Shown here: positions 60,555 through 64,000 of the stretch, piece by piece | Layout of the letters: every line of letters starts with the position of its first letter | Position numbering within the stretch: position 1 is the stretch's first letter | Virus record (IMG/VR): IMGVR_UViG_3300048572_000043 | Coordinates: 37,857-101,856 of that record | DNA from: a virus | Taxonomy: Duplodnaviria > Caudoviricetes | Length of the DNA: 64,000 bases | Strand: one strand, 5' to 3' | Made by a program: the position numbers and the translations under genes | Notes under the pieces: generated by a model | Database searches by the model: none | What the model saw: the letters and a program-made list of their open reading frames with translations, nothing else | What the model was told of the DNA's origin: nothing

Positions 60555-61280
60555 ATGTCTAAAAAAAATAGAAATAAACAAAAAGAGGACAAGTCTCCAG
60601 TAGTTCCTCAAAGAGATAAGATTCAAGAACCATTAAATATTAGAGATTTAAATTGGACAGAAAATCAAAAGAAGTTTATTCAAACTTTACAAGATAAATC
60701 TACAAAGATGGTATTTTGTAAAGGCCCAGCAGGAACAGCTAAAAGCTTATTAAGTGTTTATTGTGCTCTTCATGCAATTAACAATAAAAAAGTTGGAGAG
60801 ATATTTTATATTCGTAATCCTGTAGAAAGTAGCACTCATAATCTAGGGTTTTTAAAAGGTGATCTTCACGAAAAATTAGATCCATATTTACAACCATTAA
60901 TGGATAAACTTCATGAATTACTACCAAAGGGTCAAGCAGAATTATTATTAAAGCAAGAAAGAGTCAAAGGTCTTCCATTAGGTTTTTTAAGAGGACTCAG
61001 TATCAATGCTAGTTATATTATCTGTGACGAAGCTCAAAATTTAAGTATTCATGATCTTTTATTAGTTAGTACTAGAATGGGTAAGTTTAGTAAATTAATA
61101 TTTATTGGAGATATTCGTCAATCAGATATCAAGAATAGCGGTTTTGAAAGAATATATAAGCTATTTGATGACGAAAAAAGTAAAAACAAAGGCATAATTA
61201 CTTTTAAATTTGGAACAGAAGATATTATGAGAAATGATATATTAGCTTATATTATTGAGAAGTTTGAAGAAATAAAATAA
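60555..61280 (+). CDS. phoH: PhoH-family ATPase
   Basis: GPAGTAKS, LGFLKGD..EK..PY, FLRG, DEAQN, TRMG, GD..QSD, DIMR. Confidence 0.92.
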   Translation: MSKKNRNKQKEDKSPVVPQRDKIQEPLNIRDLNWTENQKKFIQTLQDKSTKMVFCKGPAGTAKSLLSVYCALHAINNKKVGEIFYIRNPVESSTHNLGFLKGDLHEKLDPYLQPLMDKLHELLPKGQAELLLKQERVKGLPLGFLRGLSINASYIICDEAQNLSIHDLLLVSTRMGKFSKLIFIGDIRQSDIKNSGFERIYKLFDDEKSKNKGIITFKFGTEDIMRNDILAYIIEKFEEIK

Positions 61281-61317
61281 GATATTATTTTATATTTAAT
61301 GTGTAATCATATTTAAT

Positions 61318-61659
61318 ATGTCTAACCTCACAACAACAGACTCTTCTGAAAAAAGAATAAATTTAGATTATGATGCCACCCCAGCAGACCCAATATCTAA
61401 TTTTACACCAAGCGCAACAAATGGAACAGTTTTACAAGCAAATGCTAATCGCGAAGAACTTTTTATTCAAAATTTACAAAGCGGTAATCTTTATGTGAAA
61501 TACGGAACTTCTGCTGCCTCTAATTCATTTAATTTTGTTCTAGCTTCAAGTACTGCTTCTGGAGGTGGTGATGGTGGAAGTTTAAGTGATCTTAATTACG
61601 CAGGAATAGTTAGTGTTAGTGGAGTGAGCCCAAATTATATTTGCTGGGAAAGAAGTTAG
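61318..61659 (+). CDS. Hypothetical beta-rich, probably virion-associated protein
   Basis: AN..R..L.IQN....LYV..G motif; GTGTA upstream. Confidence 0.55.
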   Translation: MSNLTTTDSSEKRINLDYDATPADPISNFTPSATNGTVLQANANREELFIQNLQSGNLYVKYGTSAASNSFNFVLASSTASGGGDGGSLSDLNYAGIVSVSGVSPNYICWERS

Positions 61660-61679
61660 TTTAACTTTATATTGACTAT

Positions 61680-62246
61680 ATGATAGTCAAGAAAACCAAA
61701 CAACTCGGAAACTTCAAAAGAGGAATAAATTTATATGTTCCTAAAAAAAGAATAGCCACTACTGCAGCAGACACGAATGGACTGTATGGTAAAAGATATG
61801 TTGGATACTTTAGTGATGATGTAAATTGGTTTAATACAGCTCCTCTTCATGGAGACGTTAATCAATTAACGGAAATTAACGCTTTTACTAGTAGCGCAGA
61901 TTTTTATAGCTGGCAATGGATTGGATATTTTAAAGCAAGTTCAACTGAAAATTATACTTTTTATACAAATTCAGATGATGCAAGCTATCTTTGGGTTGGA
62001 AATAACGCTACAACTGGTTTCACAACTGCAAATGCCACAGTAAATAATGGAGGACCTCACGGACCAGAGGAAGTTACATCATCTCCAGTGAGTTTAGTTG
62101 CTGGAACTTATTATCCAATTAGAGTACAATTTGGTGAGAGTGGTGGTGGAGATGTTATAACAGTTAGTTTTGAAACATCAACAATAGCAAAAAGAACAAA
62201 TGGCTTAGGGTATTATTACTATAACTCTAATACCAATGGTTTTTAA
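61680..62246 (+). CDS. PA14-domain (carbohydrate-binding) protein with MIVKKT leader
   Basis: YSWQWIGYF..., YTFYTNSDDASYLWV, NNGGPHG, L.AG.YYPIRVQFGE.GGG. Confidence 0.85.
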   Translation: MIVKKTKQLGNFKRGINLYVPKKRIATTAADTNGLYGKRYVGYFSDDVNWFNTAPLHGDVNQLTEINAFTSSADFYSWQWIGYFKASSTENYTFYTNSDDASYLWVGNNATTGFTTANATVNNGGPHGPEEVTSSPVSLVAGTYYPIRVQFGESGGGDVITVSFETSTIAKRTNGLGYYYYNSNTNGF

Positions 62247-62258
62247 ATATATCATTAT

Positions 62259-62780
62259 ATGATAGTCAAGAAAACAAACCAATTAGGAAATTTTAGAAGA
62301 GGAATAAAATTATATGTTCCTAAAAAAAGAACAACACCACCATCTGAACCAGAGTATGTTGATCCTTTACCAGAAGTGTCAAATGATGATGCTTACATTA
62401 GAATGAATGGATGGTGTTCTGACGGGTATGGCGTAGGTGGAAATTCAGAAAGAGTTCTAAGACCAAATCATCCAGACTTTCTTGGAGAAGGAGAAGTAAT
62501 AGTAAATGGGCGATTGGCTTATTATACGGAATTTGGCGGCGAAAAAATAATATACAATGATACGCTAAATAGATGGGAATTATTAGCAATGTGGTATGGT
62601 AACGGAGACCCAAATAATCCATTGTTAGGCATAGGCACAGGATCAAATATTCCATATCCTTTTTATGCAACATGGACAACATATATAGATCCAGTTTTTA
62701 ATGCAAGTATACGATCAATAGAAAAAGTTGCTGTTGGAACGAGTAAAGCAGCCGATCCTGGACCGCCTTGTACCGCTTGA
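62259..62780 (+). CDS. Hypothetical protein with the same MIVKKT leader and an unrelated body
   Basis: First 24 aa nearly identical to the preceding gene. Confidence 0.7.
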   Translation: MIVKKTNQLGNFRRGIKLYVPKKRTTPPSEPEYVDPLPEVSNDDAYIRMNGWCSDGYGVGGNSERVLRPNHPDFLGEGEVIVNGRLAYYTEFGGEKIIYNDTLNRWELLAMWYGNGDPNNPLLGIGTGSNIPYPFYATWTTYIDPVFNASIRSIEKVAVGTSKAADPGPPCTA

Positions 62781-62817
62781 TATAGTTTATATAAAATAGG
62801 TGTAATAGATATATAAT

Positions 62818-64000
62818 ATGGAAATCGATTTCTCAAAAGATATACTAGCAGCAAAAAAAGGCAAAGCGCCACTTAATAAACCATTTCGCCTTCCTTCTGG
62901 AAGCAAAAAGAAATTTGGTGTTTATGTCAAAAACGATAAAGGTAATATTGTAAAAGTTACTTTCGGCGATCCAAATATGTCTATCAAAAGAGATAATCCC
63001 GAAAGACGCAAAGCATATAGATCAAGACATGGTTGCGATAATCCTGGCCCAAAATATAAAGCTAATTATTGGAGTTGCAAAATGTGGAGCGCAAAACCAG
63101 TTAGTAAAATTACTGGAAGTGAAGAAGAGATTACTTTGGAGATTGATGTTCAAGCCAAGAGCAAAGGTCTTTGGTATAATATTCAGCAAAAGAAAAAGAG
63201 AATGGGTAAAAATTATAAACCAGCAAAACCTGGTTCAAAAGATCGCCCAACTCCAGAAGCACTTAAAAAAGCTCAAGCAGAAGATTACTCAAACGAACAA
63301 TACGAATGGGATGGCGAAACAGAATTTGATCAAATTGTATTTTTAGAAGACAAATCTTTAGCTCAAGTTGAAGAAGTTGAAGAAGTAGAAGATGATTTTG
63401 AAGATTACAAAGAAGATTTTTATGGTATGATAGTTGGTTCAATTAACTCTATATATCAACATTCGAAAAATGTAATTGAAAAATTAAATGATCCAATGGT
63501 TAAAGAAAATCTTACAGAACCATTCTTACAACAAATGGCAATTCTTGCAGAAGACTATATGATTACAATTCATAATTATGTAATGTTTAATAAAGAGAAT
63601 GAAGAATCAGAAGATATGGAAGAAAGCGAAGCTTCTATGATGTTCAAAGTTGGCGATAAAGTCAGAAATGTAAATGCAGAATGTAAGCATTACGGAAGCG
63701 AAGGAATCGTTAAAGAGATACGTGATTTACCAGAAAACATGGGATATGCAGTTATGTACGAATGTACAAATGATGGATCATCTTGGAAAAAAGGTGACAT
63801 GCTTGGTAAAACAGAAATTCAATTAGTAAAAGCTTCTTATAATGAAAAATATCAAATAGAAGCAGACGAAGAATACAAAAAAATGATGACCATTGAAGGT
63901 GAAAAATTTAATGAGTTCTTAAAAAAATGTATTCCTACAAAAAAAGGTGATGATAAATCTAAATTTAAATCTTGCCTTGAAGACTACAAAAAAAATAAGT
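62818..64000 (+). CDS. Multi-domain late protein, open to the window edge (not in ORF track)
   Basis: Open frame MEIDFSKDILAAKKGKAPLNKPFR...KKFGVYVKN..G...KV.FGDP...RSRHGCD..GPK..ANYWSC..W; GTGTA upstream. Confidence 0.8.
   Translation, partial: MEIDFSKDILAAKKGKAPLNKPFRLPSGSKKKFGVYVKNDKGNIVKVTFGDPNMSIKRDNPERRKAYRSRHGCDNPGPKYKANYWSCKMWSAKPVSKITGSEEEITLEIDVQAKSKGLWYNIQQKKKRMGKNYKPAKPGSKDRPTPEALKKAQAEDYSNEQYEWDGETEFDQIVFLEDKSLAQVEEVEEVEDDFEDYKEDFYGMIVGSINSIYQHSKNVIEKLNDPMVKENLTEPFLQQMAILAEDYMITIHNYVMFNKENEESEDMEESEASMMFKVGDKVRNVNAECKHYGSEGIVKEIRDLPENMGYAVMYECTNDGSSWKKGDMLGKTEIQLVKASYNEKYQIEADEEYKKMMTIEGEKFNEFLKKCIPTKKGDDKSKFKSCLEDYKKNK

Noticed and set aside
1629-63346. Short antisense or out-of-frame ORFs in the track (for example 1629, 1991, 2824, 9379, 23076, 42878, 51572, 56181, 63029)
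   Set aside because: They lie inside well-supported genes, have no recognisable motifs or promoters, and are best explained as shadow ORFs
1-64000. Cellular chromosome, prophage or eukaryotic giant virus origin
   Set aside because: rIIA/rIIB, PhoH, dense small ORFs, sigma-70-type promoters and the absence of housekeeping operons or an integrase point to a large lytic bacteriophage despite the SET and Cys-rich genes

Overview
A 64-kb, AT-rich (about 30% GC by eye) segment of a large lytic dsDNA tailed-phage genome using the standard genetic code. No rRNA, CRISPR array, integrase, terminase or major capsid gene is visible. From left to right: (1) a nucleotide-metabolism and replication block (IMPDH/GMPR family, dCMP deaminase, dNMP kinase, sigma-70-like factor, glycosyltransferase, nrdA, nrdB), interrupted by four copies of a Cys-rich 'MPCA' gene family; (2) DNA repair and recombination genes (UvsE, ATP-dependent ligase, two HNH nucleases, rIIA/rIIB, RuvB-like ATPase, HhH glycosylase-like, MazG-like); (3) about 20 kb of small ORFs, many behind their own sigma-70-type promoter; (4) a 46-57 kb early or host-takeover region with tRNAs, structured ncRNA candidates, ArdC, DUF932 and a cell-wall hydrolase, punctuated by ten copies of a 75-bp double-palindrome element; (5) late-type genes (Cys-rich paralogs, PhoH, PA14 protein). 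The most notable observations are the fixed-geometry 27-21-27 bp element array whose arms match the IHF consensus, three families of constant-anchor/variable-body genes that follow a GTGTA motif, non-canonical tRNAs (Ser-ACU, Ile-UAU with a long variable arm, Leu-UAA with a short one), and two large structured ncRNA candidates. Family assignments come from motif recognition by eye, not database searches. A Verrucomicrobia-like host is only an inference.
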